Below are positions 1-11,345 of a stretch of DNA of 63,889 nucleotides, in pieces. This DNA comes from Malacoraja senta. Its lineage: Eukaryota. The notes beneath the pieces were generated by a model. It was not told where the DNA came from and did not search any database. It saw only the letters and a program-made list of their open reading frames with translations. The number at the start of each line of letters is the position of its first letter. Within the stretch, counting starts at the first letter, position 1. A program made the position numbers and the translations under genes. The DNA lies in the NCBI GenBank assembly GCA_038087875.1, contig CM076000.1, forward strand, positions 1,984,112-2,048,000. The letters are read 5' to 3'.

Positions 1-545
1 CCATCCATCCTCCACTTCTCCATCCATCCATCCTGTACTAATCCACGCATTCATGCCATACTGACCCACCCTCCATTTACCCTGCACCTTCCCCCTTCCC
101 TCATTCATCCTGTAGTGATCCCCCATTCATCCTGCACAGACCTTCCGATCCACACTGTACTGATCCCCCCCATTCATCCTGCGCTGATCTCCCCCCCATC
201 CATCCTGTACTGATCCTCCCATTCAAGAAGAATGGGGGGGGAACAGTCTGAAGAAGGGTCTCGACCCGAAACATTGCCCATTTCATTTGCTCCATAAATG
301 CTGCCTCACCCGCTGAGTTTCTCCAGCACTTTTGTCTACCCCCATCCATCCCGTACTGAACCCCCCCCCCCCATTCAACACCACTGACATCCCTGGTGCT
401 CTCCCCTCACAATTTTACCTACTCCAACCAACACGTACTAATTAACCTGCCTCAATCCATCCATTCTGCACTGATTGCCTTCTAACCCCACCCCCGCCAT
501 CTATCCACCCCGCACTGATTCACACACACCCCTCCCTGACCCTAT
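1..545. repeat. Degenerate C-rich minisatellite (~22-25 nt unit CATCCATCCTGTACTGATCCCCC), interrupted by a PLE terminal-repeat fragment at ~240-340
   Basis: Recurrent catcctgtactga/catcctgcac motifs throughout the stretch. Confidence 0.75.
244..279 (+). ncRNA. Minimal hammerhead-ribozyme-like motif in a PLE terminal repeat
   Basis: GT-CTGAAGA-A-GGGT(CTCG)ACCC-GAAAC-ATT-GC gives the CUGANGA and GAAA boxes plus a 4-bp stem II. ACGT appears decayed to ACAT. Confidence 0.5.
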
Positions 546-1228
546 TGTGCTGGAAATGTCTTCAGAGCGAACTTTGACTATGTTTGATAACGGAATGCAA
601 TCAAATGTGTTTTAATTCCCAATGTTATTATTTGTTTTAATACATAAAGATGGATTAATTAAATTGTGAACACGTGAAACATTAAAACCGCAGTGCTCGA
701 TTGTCACTGCTGCCGTTGACACGTTATTACAGAATTCATTTTAACGGCAAATCAATGCTCTTAATATGGAGTATCAGTATTGTAGTTATTTAATGAGCAA
801 CATTCACAACTATACGTAAGCATATATGTTACCATGGTCCAGGATTTATTGACACAGGTTGATCATACGCTGATTAATACCACATTGTTGTTTGGAAGTG
901 GAAAAGAACTAATAGAAATTGCATTAATTGCCAACGTGGTAAAAAGAGTTGAGATACTGTCTTATAATTTTGCTGCATGTCATTGTGGGATATATCATGT
1001 CTTGATTGGTGAATATGTTTAGTTTGTGACTTTATTTGAAGCAGAAATAATATGTGAATGCTTCACTGAGTATAATTTCGACTGGTAACTATGCACTTCG
1101 TCCGAGCACATTATTGCATGCGTCATGCAAGCCATCTTAATGACCACCTAAACTGTCGTTTGGCAATCTAAAAAGTTGCCAAGGTTGCCCGGCTGGCAAC
1201 AGGGAAAAAAAGTTAAGCGAGAGCCCTA
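546..1228. mobile_element. Probable non-autonomous DNA transposon fragment with a hAT-like terminus at 1228
   Basis: Reverse complement of the end reads TAGGGCTCTCGCTTAACTTTTTTTCCCTGTTGCCAGCCGGGCAACC. The other end and a TSD were not found. Confidence 0.3.
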
Positions 1229-1790
1229 TGCATTCGCCACATGCTCGTAGGTGGTTGCTGGGTAGTCGCCTTCATGGTTGTGAGTAGGTTCAGCATTCTG
1301 GGAACTAGTCGCGGCCTCATTGTGGTCACCGCAAATTTTTCAATATGTTGAAAAATTAGCAGTGACCAGAATGAAGCCGCCATGGAGAGTAGCGAGAATT
1401 CTCTTGCAGTGGTAGTAGGTTGCCAGGAGGTCAAAGGTTGTTGTAGGTGCTTGTAGGTTGTAGCTGGTGCTGACTGGTGAATTTCATTGGCACATTGGGA
1501 AAAAAACGTAAGCAGCAGTTTTCAGAACCAAGGATAACCGACCAGTAATGTTAATGTCCGCCGAGCTTCACAGCCATGTATCTCTGACTTCTTAAAACTT
1601 GTCTCCACTCCTTCTCCCCCCCTCCTTTAAAGGACTTGCGTGGCCCTTCTCGTAGACTGTGCTTTCACAGTCATAATTACAGCGCCAACCTTCCCGTTCA
1701 TCGCGGTGTGTGTTTGAATCACATTGGCTTTGCACCGTGTGAATTTCCCAAATACCATCCCACCAGCTTACTCTCATTCACGGGCAAAAA
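1229..1790. mobile_element. Fragment related to the Harbinger-type MITE at 13711-17968
   Basis: Shares CATGCTCGT..GTGG and GTAGGT/GTCGTAGG-rich internal repeats with 15464-15870. Confidence 0.35.
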
Positions 1791-2249
1791 AAAACCCAGT
1801 TGGAATTATCAACTGTGAATTATCAATTATCATAGAGTCATACAGCATGGAAACAGGTCCTTTGGCCAAATTTGCCCATGCTGACCAAGATGCACCATCT
1901 ATACTGGTCCCACCTGCCCGCGTTTGACCTGCATCCCTCTAAACCTTGTTCTCCAACAACATCTTCACCAATGCCAAGTCTGGGTTTTTCCAAGACTACT
2001 TCATTATAATCATGATCTCAATATGAATGTCAGACCTCACTGCTTGAAGTAAAGAAAGTATTATTCTTGACCACGTATCACACCAAGGAATGCATTGACC
2101 AAGGACATTGCAGAAAAAAACTTTCCAATTGCTTGACGTCATATTTTAGGTAAAGGATAATAATGTTGGTAACTTTTGGAAGAACAGGGAATACAGAGCA
2201 ATTCAGCCACAGGGAACAGTTCAGCCACATTCAGTCTGTTGTTATCCTT

Positions 2250-3030
2250 TATACAAGATACAAGATACATTTATTTGTCACATGTACCAATTGGTACAGT
2301 GAAACGTGTGGTCGCCATACAGCCATACGAATAATAAAGAGCACAGAACACAGACATCCCCACCCAGCGGGATCAAAGATTCCCACTGTGAGGGAAGGCT
2401 CCAAAATTCAGTCATCCTCCTCTGTTGTCCTCCCGTAGTCGGGGGGCTCCCGAGCCCCCGCTGTCGCCACTACGGGCGGCCCGATGTTCAAGCCCGCTCG
2501 CCGGGGTGATGGAAGTCCGACATCGGGACTGGAGGACATCCTCCGCGGCTTGGACATCCGAAGCGGCCACCTCCTACCAGAGTCCGCGGCTCCCGAAGTC
2601 CACAGGCCGCGCCGGGCGGAGATTCGACGCTGGCAGCCCTCGGCAAATGGCCCCAGGTCTCCGCAATGTTGAAGACAGCGCCGGCCGCGCTGGAAGCTCT
2701 GCAGCTCCGATGTAGATGCAGCAGGCCCAGCACTCTGGAGCCTCCACGGCGATCCCAGGTAAGGCATCGCCCGCTCCGCTGTGAATCCAGCGTTGCGCCG
2801 CCACTGCTGGAGCTCTGGTCCGGTGCCCGGCAGGAAAGGCCGCTCCAATCCAGGTGGTAGGCCGCGAGGAGGGGGGCGAGGACGCGACTCGGAGAATAGT
2901 TGCGTCCTCGCCAGGAAGTGACTGGGAAACGGTTTCCCCCTTACCCGACCCCCCTCCCCCACATAGAAAAGTTAGAGAAACTAAAGACACATACTTTTAA
3001 AATTAACTAAAAATAAAAATAGAGTCCAAG
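2250..3030 (-). mobile_element. GC/CpG-rich non-coding retroposon with a Rex-Babar/L2-type 3' tail
   Basis: The minus-strand 3' end CACTGTACC..GGTACATGTGACAAATAAA(TGTATCT)n matches LINE tails elsewhere in the window. The body is CpG-rich with no recognisable protein. Confidence 0.5.
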
Positions 3031-3686
3031 TATAAGAAAGCAACATTACTTGTATGTGGCATTAATTCGATGATTCACAGACACTACTCAGCAAAAAGTT
3101 GGAATCTAGGAACAGACCAATTTGACAGATTTAACTGCGAATCTGAGGCTTCCATGCTTGATGATGTATGCACAGGTCTGGGATTTGCTGCCATTTAAAA
3201 TCATCTAACCACACCAGATCCAATTGGAATCACTAGCATCAGCTAAAGAAATCTGGTCCATTGAAACAATAAATCCTTCCAACTTCCTTTGATATAATTG
3301 AAATAAGATTATTTCAAATCATTCTTCAAATTTAAGTTTCTTAACTTTCTGGTGAAGTTAAGTTCTGTGGTTTTACCAATCTTTATTAATTTGCATGTCG
3401 AATGCACTTCATGGACCTCCGAATCCTGTCAATGTTTGTTGCACTATCTATCCCTCGTCTTCATTTCAGGTCCCAGTGTTTAATCAAGTGTCAGAATTTA
3501 TTAATTGTCCATATGCGATTTACATGCAAAAAAATCGTAATCTCTTTAAACAGCATTCAAGATTAAACAGGAAAGAGAGTAAACCGAGTAAAACACATTT
3601 GGGTATTTTTTTTAAGTAATTGCACATTCCTTATCACTTTTCACAACAGGATACAAATAGTTCAAACCAGTATAACATCCAAATTT

Positions 3687-3907
3687 TTAAAGAAGGAACT
3701 GCAGATGCTGGAAAATCGAAGGTACACAAAAGTGCTGGAGAAACTCAGCGGGTGCAGCAGCATCTATGGAGCGAAGGAAATAGGCAACGTTTCGGGCCGA
3801 AACTCTTCTTCAGACTGAAGAAGGGTTTCGGCCCGAAACTTTGCCTATTTCCTTCGCTCCATAGATGCTGCTGCACCCGCTGAGTTTCTCCAGCATTTTT
3901 GTGTACC
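3687..3907. mobile_element. 221-bp palindromic non-autonomous Penelope-derived element
   Basis: Inverted arms of ~94 bp (3720-3813 and 3815-3908). A 14-bp TSD TAACATCCAAATTT lies at 3673-3686 and 3908-3921. The arms match the PLE 3' terminal repeat at 13798-13890. Confidence 0.85.
3781..3847. ncRNA. Two back-to-back minimal hammerhead motifs, one per strand
   Basis: Minus strand: GT-CTGAAGA-A-GAGT(TTCG)GCCC-GAAAC-GTT-GC. Plus strand: CTGAAGA-A-GGGT(TTCG)GCCC-GAAAC-TTT-GC. Confidence 0.5.
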
Positions 3908-4149
3908 TAACATCCAAATTTACTCAACATCTACTGAACCATTAGATTATTAATCCTAAAAAGAGATTTTCTGTAGACAGATATTTTAACCAGATGTATC
4001 ACATTGTTATTTTTGATAGCTTGTTACATGAATCAGCTGTTATGATCCCTAAATTTAGGTCCACAACCCATTAGTATTTAATTGGATTTAAAGTGTTTTG
4101 GACATTATATAATAGCAAATTTGATCTTAATTTTTATCACACATCTGTA

Positions 4150-4990
4150 GATCAAGTAAAGGATGATTCTTGAACAGAGGTACAACTAATTTCTCCTTCA
4201 CCAATACACTCATTTATCTGGCTGAACTATTCCTCGTGCTAAACAACTTTGACTCCACAACTTCAACTTTAATTCCACTCTCTTTCTCCAAGCAAAAGGT
4301 GCAGCTAAGGTCATTTGTATGGGCACACGTTAGCCTGTCCTTTTGTGGGATACATGGAAATGTCTTTGCCTCAGCCCTACTCAGACCAATTACCCAACTT
4401 TTTTTCAATATAGCAATGATTGTGGTTGCTGTTGTTTCCTGCAATAGCACACAGAACTGAAAAATTCCTCACTTTTGCACCCTGACCTCACCTTCGCATG
4501 GAACATTTTTGATTCTTCCCTTTCCTCTCTGGATCTTTCCACCTCCATTTCCGGGATGAGGCTAACCATCAACAACCATTGCATTTTTTCCAACAACAGG
4601 ACATTCCACACTGGTTCTTTGAAATGTCTTAATTCATCCTTAACTATGCTATAGCTCCCCCTCAACCAACAGTGCTCTTAATTGCACCTCATCTATTTTT
4701 CACACATCTGCCCTCATCCTCAAACAGAACACCCATGTCCTTACTTCCCACCACCATCCTTTGCAGCATCTACCAGCTTCCACAAGATCACACAACCAAC
4801 ATGTTTCCGACCTCAACCCCTTTAGTCGGGATCACTCTCTTTGTAATTCCCTAATCTTCTCATCCATCCCTATCATATGGCACTTTTCCAAGAAACCACA
4901 AGAGGTGCAGCACCTGTCCTTTCACCTCTTCCTTTCCTATGACCCAAGGACAAAATAACCTTTCCAGATGAAACAGCAATTCACTCGCAC
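4150..4990 (+). mobile_element. Old, decayed Penelope-like RT fragment
   Basis: TLIYLAELFLVLNNFD resembles TLLRLAELVLTLNNFS of the PLE at 14820-15449. Many stops and frameshifts. Confidence 0.65.
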
Positions 4991-5003
4991 TGGAAAAAAG
5001 TCT

Positions 5004-5735
5004 CAGTTTAGGTTTATTATTGTCATATGTACATGATGTACAATGAAAAGCTTTGTTTTGCATGCTATTCTAACAGATCAGATAATACTATACACAAGTA
5101 ACATTGTCAAACTTAATTACAAAGGGTAGAGCAAAGGAAAAGACAGAGTGCAGAATATAGTTCTCAGCATTGTAGCAGATCAGTTCTGTAGACAAAGTAC
5201 AATGTCCGCAATGGGATAGAAGTGAATCAACAGCATCCTAGCTTATGGAATGACTGTTCAGAAGCCTGATTACAGAGGGCAAAAAGCTGTTTCTGAGTCT
5301 GGTGGTGACCAAAGGGGGGGGGGGGGGGGAAGATTGAGGTGGGTCTGTAGGATTAAGGCAAGTAGTGGATGTAGCCCAGTCCATCACACAGACCAGACTC
5401 ATCACCATCAACTCCATCTACACTTCATGCTGCCTCGGAAAAATAGCCAACAAAATCAAAGGCCTTTCCCAATATAATCAAATGCCTTTTCCACCCGTCA
5501 TTCCTCTGAATCTTTTGCCCAGTGGGAGGAATGACAAGGGTGGTGAAAGTCTTTGATTATGTTAGTTGTTTTTCTGAAGCAGAGTGAAGTGCAGATACAG
5601 TCAATAGTGGGGAGCTTGGTCTGTGTGATGGACTGGGCTATAATCAAACTCTCTCTGCAATTTCTTGCCTTCGGCAGAGCTGTTTCCAAATCAAGCTGTG
5701 ATGCATCCTGACAAATGCTTTCTATGGTGTATCTG
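5004..5735 (-). mobile_element. Rex1/Babar-type LINE 3' fragment with an internal inversion
   Basis: Similar to 57795-58520. The segment at 5365-5460 is an inverted copy of ~5545-5640. Confidence 0.6.
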
Positions 5736-6199
5736 GTGTATTAGTTTCAAGTTTGGTTCTCTGGATTATAGTACATTTTTGAAATACAGCTAAATGTATA
5801 AGCAATAATATCAGAAAAATGTTGTAACTGAGTGTTAGTCTCCCTTGGCAACACCAAAACACTACACAATAAACAGAAACACTGTCCTTTTCCTGCAGAG
5901 AACTACATTCTGCACTGTATCTTTCCCTTCAATTTACCTGTCGTACTCGAGTTTGGCTTGATTGTGCTTAGGTATAGCATTATGTGATTTTGTTTGGAGA
6001 GCATGCAAAACAATTCATGACAATAATAAATCGAAACCTAAATCTCTGTCCACTGTGTACATTCCTAGTAACAACCGACTAAGTGCGAGTTTGCATATTG
6101 TCAGCGACAGTCACCAAAACTGAAAAGAATCGCAATCAACAACTTCAGTGTATGAATGCTGCTGCCAGTTTCTGATTTATTGTTGCTGGGTAGATATTT

Positions 6200-6700
6200 G
6201 CGTGTCACGCTCGGGGGCTTGCTGTCACCTCGCCACGGGTACCCTCAACCCCGGGTCCACGGCGCCTTGTTATTCCCCCCCATGGGGCAGGGGGCATCTC
6301 GCCACCCCGGACACCGGAGCCTGCCCTCGCCCTCACCCTCACCCTCTGGCCGCAGCGCCCGGCCCGTGTCACCGGCGCAGCCCTCAGTCGCTCACCTGCT
6401 GCACAGCCGCGTACACGCTGTAGCTGCAGCTCAGGCCGCGGCCGCTCCACCATTGCCACCGCCGTCCCCCGCCGTAAAAGGCCAGGCCCCCGACTCCGGC
6501 CACTCCTAGCCCCAGCCAGACCCCGGGGCTAAGCCGCGTCCGGCTCACGGTGCTCCTCGGGGCGCTGAAAGAGGCGACGGATCCCCTCAGCAGCGGCGAC
6601 AGCCATCGCCACGCCGCCATCTTGGCGGAAGCTTGGGGGAAATCTCGCGACAGCTCCCGGCAGGACAACATCTGGGCTGCTCCTTCACACCTGGGCTGCC
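6200..6700. promoter_or_regulatory. CpG island and housekeeping promoter of the minus-strand gene
   Basis: High GC and CpG content. A YY1-type motif GCCGCCATCTTG overlaps the start codon. ETS-like GCGGAAG at 6625-6631. TCTCGCGACA at 6643-6652 is a 9/10 match to the TCTCGCGAGA motif. Confidence 0.75.
6396..6620 (-). CDS. MICU2: Coding exon 1 (75 codons, phase-0 donor) of a mitochondrial protein, likely calcium uptake protein 2
   Basis: Strong Kozak GCCAAGATGG and a CAG|GTGAGC donor at 6395. The peptide MAAWRWLSPLLRGSVASFSAPRSTVSRTRLSPGVWLGLGVAGVGGLAFYG...VYAAVQQ is Arg/Ser-rich with no acidic residues, followed by a hydrophobic stretch. The name rests largely on the known head-to-head MICU2-FGF9 arrangement in vertebrates; no downstream exon was found in the window. 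Confidence 0.7.
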
Positions 6701-6714
6701 ACAGGTTGCTTGTA

Positions 6715-6998
6715 ATCTCCGGCCAATCGCCTATGTATCTCTATGCAACGTCTTGCCAATTGTCAATGTATCTCTATGCAACCTCTTGCCAATTGTCAAT
6801 GTATCTTCATGAAGCCTCCTGCCAATTGCCTATGTATCTCTGTCCAACCTCCTGCCAATATATCTCTGAGCAATTTCCTACTAATCGCCTGTATATCTTT
6901 GCGATCTCCTTCCAATTGCTTATATATCTGTGCAATCTCATGCCAATCGCCTATGTATCTATGCAATCTCCTGCCATTTGCCTATATATGTCTATGCA
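6715..6998. repeat. 31-33-bp minisatellite, ~9 copies, most containing CCAAT
   Basis: Unit ~CCAATTGCCTATGTATCTCTATGCAACCTCCTG. CCAAT at 6723, 6756, 6789, 6822, 6855, 6912 and 6943, with variants at 6881 and 6974. Confidence 0.9.
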
Positions 6999-7028
6999 GA
7001 AAACAAATAACTCATAGTAAATGGTATA

Positions 7029-7598
7029 ATAGAAACATAGAAAATAGGTGCAGGAGTAGGCCATTCGGCCCTTTGAGCCTGCACCGCCATTCAATATGAT
7101 CATGGCTGATCATCCAACTCAGTATCCTGTACCTGCCTTCTCTCCATACCCCCTGATCCCTTTAGCCACAAGGGCCACATCTAACACCCTCTTAAATATA
7201 GCCAATGAACTGGCCTCAACTACCTTCTGTGGCAGAGAATTCCACAGATTCACCACTCTCTGTGTGAAAAATGTTTTTCTCATCTCAGTCCTAAAAGACT
7301 TCCCCCTTATCCTTAAACTGTGACCCCTTGTTCTGGACTTCCCCAACATCGGGAACAATCTTCCTGCATCTAGCCTGTCCAACCCCTTAAGAATTTTGTA
7401 AGTTTCTATAAGATCCCCCCTCAATCTTCTAAATTCTAGCGAGTAGTTCTAAATTCAAGCCGAGTCTATCCAGTCTTTCTTCATATGAAAGTCCTGACAT
7501 CCCAGGAATCAGTCTGGTGAACCTTCTCTGTACTCCCTCTATGGCAAGAATGTCTTTCCTCAGATTAGGAGACCAAAACTGTACACAATACTCCAGGT
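7029..7598 (-). mobile_element. CR1 (HER1-like) LINE 3' end
   Basis: ORF2 C-terminus RGDLIETYKILKGLD...RTRGHSLR...FFTQRVVNLWNSLP and a (TTTCTATG)n tail. Confidence 0.92.
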
Positions 7599-7689
7599 TT
7601 TAACCAGAAATTGAGCAGAGAAATAGGTTTCCCAACTTACCTTTGCTACATGAAATGGCCTATAAATTCATATTGATATTTAGAGTCAT

Positions 7690-8405
7690 AGAGCAAAAAA
7701 CACAGCAGGGTGCAGGAGCAACTCAGCAGGTCAGGCAGTATTGGTGGAGAACATGGATAGGTGGTGTTTTGGGCCCCTTCGTCAGACTAATGGGGGGCTG
7801 GGGGTGTGGATGAAAACTGGAAGAGAAGAGAGGTAGGACATAGCATGGCAGGACATAGGTGAATACAGGCGAGGTTTTTTTTTTGATATGCTGATGGCTG
7901 GACAAAGGCCAGAGATGAAAAAACAGAAAGTGTGGGACGAAAAGATTGTAGAGTTGAGATTGTGATGCTAGAGGAAGGAATGTAGGTGGAGGGAGGGGAG
8001 GTGCAGCGAAATAGATGCTAGTCCAGGTGAGGCACAGGGGAGACGGGTGGAGGAAGAAAGGGGAGTGTGGGGGAGAAAGGGGAGGGGGAGGGGTGGGTTA
8101 TTAGAGGTCACCTAATATTGGAGAATTCAATATTCATAACGTTGGATTCCAAGCTACCCAAGCAGAATATGAGGTGCTGTTCCTCCAGTTTATGTGTGGC
8201 CACACTCTGACAATGGAGGAGGCCCAGGACAGAAATGTCATTGCGGGAATGGGAAGTGGAGGTAAAATGGTTGGTAACCGGGAGATCCGGTAGGCCTTGA
8301 TGAACTCCACAGAGGCTAGCGGTCAAATGTGGAAACCTCTGAACTATTTGGTGTAATGGTCGCCTAGTCTACACTTGGTCTCACCAATGTAAATGAGGCC
8401 ACTAT
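7690..8405 (-). mobile_element. Penelope-like element 3' fragment (GIY-YIG C-terminus plus terminal repeat)
   Basis: IYIGETKCRLGDH, LPVTNHFTSTSHS and KLEEQHLIFCLGSL motifs. Confidence 0.8.
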
Positions 8406-8637
8406 CACTATCATTAGTCTGGTGGCTGGGCAGAACTGTATATGATGCTCTGAGCAATGTTTTGTACCACTGCAACATGATATCCCAAATCTTATACTCA
8501 ATGTATTGTCCTACAAGGGCAAGCATACCATTGCCTTTTTCACCTCCCTATCCACCTGTGTCACCACTCTCATGGAACTATGGACTTGCACCCCAAGGTA
8601 CAGATTAGAAAATACATCACCACTCTTTAAGTCTCTT

Positions 8638-8928
8638 GGCCGGCACAGTGGCACAGCGGTAGAGTAGTTGCCTTACCGTGCCTGAGACCTAACTTCGATC
8701 CTGACAATGGGTGATGTCTATACAGAGTCTATATGTTCTCCCTGTGACCGCGTGGGTTTTCACCAGGTGCTCCGGTTTCCTCCCACATTCCAAAGACGTG
8801 CAGATTCGTAAGTTAATTGACTTCTGTAAATTGTCCCCAGTGAGTAGCGTAGAACTAGTGTTGGCTGGTTGGTGTAGCAATGGGCCAAAGGGTTTGTTTC
8901 CATGCTGTATCTCTAAACTAAACTAAAC
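8638..8928 (+). mobile_element. tRNA-derived V-SINE (HE1-like)
   Basis: A-box TGGCACAGCGG, a B-box-like TTCGATCC, the core GGTGCTCCGGTTTCCTCCCACA.TCCAAAGAC, and a CR1-like tail ending in (CTAAA)n. Confidence 0.88.
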
Positions 8929-9344
8929 CTTACTATATATGTCCTACCAGAATTTGACTTCTCAAAGGGCTTTACCTGGATAAAATTCCATCTGCCAACA
9001 CACTGCCCTAACATTACAGCTGATCTGTGTCCCCTTGTAGATTTAAACAATCTTCTTTGCTATTTATGACTCCACCAGTTTTCTGTAAACGTACTAATTA
9101 CCCCCTCCCGCATTCTTATGTGAGTTATTTATATATAATACAAATAAGTACACTACTTGTTACAAATTTCCAGTAAAAACATCTTTCCACCACTACCTCT
9201 GTCTCATATCGCCCGGACAGTTTTGGATACCGTTCACCAACACTAAATTGAATCCCTTGTGCCTTAATTTACTCTTTGTCAATTGTTTTGAATGACCATA
9301 CACCTTTGAAGGACATCAGGACATTTTAGGGTGAAATTCAGAGA

Positions 9345-9740
9345 GTCATAAAATCATACAGCATGGAAACAGGCCCTTCGGCCCAGCTTGCCCATGCCGA
9401 CCAAGGTGCCCCATCTGCACTAGTCCCACTTTCCCGCGTTCCATGTACCTATCCAATTGTCTTCTAACTGTTGTTATAATTTCTGCCTCAACTATCTTCT
9501 CCAGCAGCTCATACAATATACCAACAACCCACTGTGTGAAAAAGTTGTTCCTCCCCCCAGTTATTAAATAATTCCCCTCTCACCTTAAACCTATGTTCTC
9601 TGGTCTTGATTCCCCTACTCTGGATAAAAGTCTCTGTACCTTCACCCTATCTATTCCCCTCATGATTAATTATACACCTCTGTAAGATCACCCCGCCTCC
9701 TGCGCCCCAAGGAATAAAATCCATCCCGCCCAGCCTCTCC
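9345..9740 (-). mobile_element. CR1 3' fragment
   Basis: GGAAACAGGCCCTTCGGCCC tail and decayed ORF2 C-terminal sequence. Confidence 0.75.
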
Positions 9741-10962
9741 TCTTACTCTGTAAACACCAGAATAAACAGCAAAAAAGTTCAGTATGTAAAAAACAAACAA
9801 TCATAGTACAAAGACAAAAACTATTTTTAAAAAGTGCACCCCCAAGTCTATGTTGTTCTAAACTTAGTTGGAGGTGTTAGGAAGCCTGATGGTTGTTGGG
9901 AAGAAGCTGCTCCTGACCCTGGACATTACAGTTTTCAGGCTTTTTCCTGATGGCAGGATTGAAATGTGAGCGTGACCAGGGTGGTGTGGGTCCCTGATGA
10001 TGGTGGCTGCCTTTTTGAGGCAGCGACTCCTGTAGAACTGAATGGAAATAATCCTGGAATAGATTTTCTGTTCACATTCCTTTAGGCAGCATCTAACTTT
10101 CCTCGATCTTATGCATGTGTAGGTTCAATTTGGTTTTCATTTAAAAGTCAGCAGGATGAAAATTATATACTGTATTTAAGCAGCAGACTACAAAATATGG
10201 TGAGGTCCAGCATCATGTCTTGCAGGTATGACATTTTCATTAGGATATGAAATGAAGCACGTTTGAACATTAAGAGAAACATTTCATGGCATCAAAAAAG
10301 GCCATTTAGCCACCAAATATTGAATGATAATTTGAAGTAATGATCTCGTAATCTTTGTTTTACACCCCGAAACAAGGAAATGCAGATGCTAGTTTACAAA
10401 AAAAGACACAAAGTGCTGGACTAACTCAGCAGACCCTACCTTTGGAGAACATGGATAGGTACATTGAGGTCACGTATCGAAACATCGCTTATCCATGTTC
10501 TCCAGTGATGCTGCCTGATCCATTGAGTTACTCCAGCACTTTGAGTCTATTTATGTTGAAAATCTCTTCTTAAACAAGATCTGTATTCTCCCATTCATTG
10601 CCATCGGAATGAATTAGTCCAATATATTCAATTTCTAAAGTTAAATATGCTTTCCGTGTTAACAACTTCATCAATTAATTTATGCAATTCTATTGAAATG
10701 CAGAAACTATTAGAAAGTTCCCCACTTCTAACATTTTAATTCAATAATTTTGTTCTGGTTAATTAATATTATTATACATTTTTAATGAATATTTTAATCC
10801 TAAACATTATTTTAGTATGTGTTTTATTACTAATATAATGTCAAAGATTTTGAATAAATTCTGCAATTCAGTTACTGATCATGAGTGAGGCAGATGAGAA
10901 GATTGAGGCAAATATCAAAATTAAAGAGAGTAAGAGAGGTGGAGAGAGGTTTGAGGAGGGAG

Positions 10963-11345
10963 ATAGACACAAAGTGCTGGAGTAACTCAGCGGGTCAGGC
11001 AGCATCTCTGGAGAAAAGGAATATGTGACGTTTCGGGTTGGAACCCTTCTTCAGACTGAAAGATAGAGAAGGGGAGAACAAAACAGGGCCAGCAACAGAT
11101 GACTTCAGGAACGGTGGAGCCCATAATGGCCCATTATTGGCTGGGGAAGATGTACTAACAACAGGGATAGAAGGATGTGAACAGTGAAACTAGGTCGGAC
11201 GATTATTGTCAGGGGGGGGGGGGGGGGGGCGGGATAAGAAATGCAGGATTTACTTGAAATTAAATAAATCAATGTTCATACCGCTGGGTTGTAAGCTGCC
11301 CAAGCGAAATATAAGGTTGTGTTCCTCCATCTTGTGTGTGGCCTG
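10963..11345 (-). mobile_element. Penelope-like 3' fragment
   Basis: Terminal repeat plus GIY-YIG C-terminal sequence matching 13798-14100. Confidence 0.75.
11025..11057 (-). ncRNA. Best-preserved minimal hammerhead motif
   Basis: AGT-CTGAAGA-A-GGGT(TCCA)ACCC-GAAAC-GTC-AC: intact core, GUC cleavage triplet, palindromic ACGT and a 2-bp helix I. Confidence 0.55.

Noticed and set aside
546..830. AT-rich, CpG-retaining stretch that looks like a conserved non-coding element
   Set aside because: It runs continuously into a hAT-like terminus at 1228, so it is more likely transposon interior. Conservation cannot be tested here.
2408..2990. Overlapping 138-184-aa ORFs
   Set aside because: These are a by-product of high GC content in a repeat, with no domain motifs or splice support.
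1..6395. MICU2 exon 2
   Set aside because: No YMTPRDFLFSV-like coding sequence was found on the minus strand; it probably lies outside the window.
6715..6998. CRISPR-like periodicity
   Set aside because: Tandem units have no unique spacers, there are no cas genes, and the context is vertebrate.
6550..7099. 155-aa and 118-aa plus-strand ORFs with repeated MYLYATSCQL
   Set aside because: They arise from translating the 33-bp minisatellite and the antisense strand of the exon.
8638..8720. tRNA genes (here and at other SINE heads)
   Set aside because: The A and B boxes continue into the SINE core and LINE-like tail, with no complete cloverleaf.
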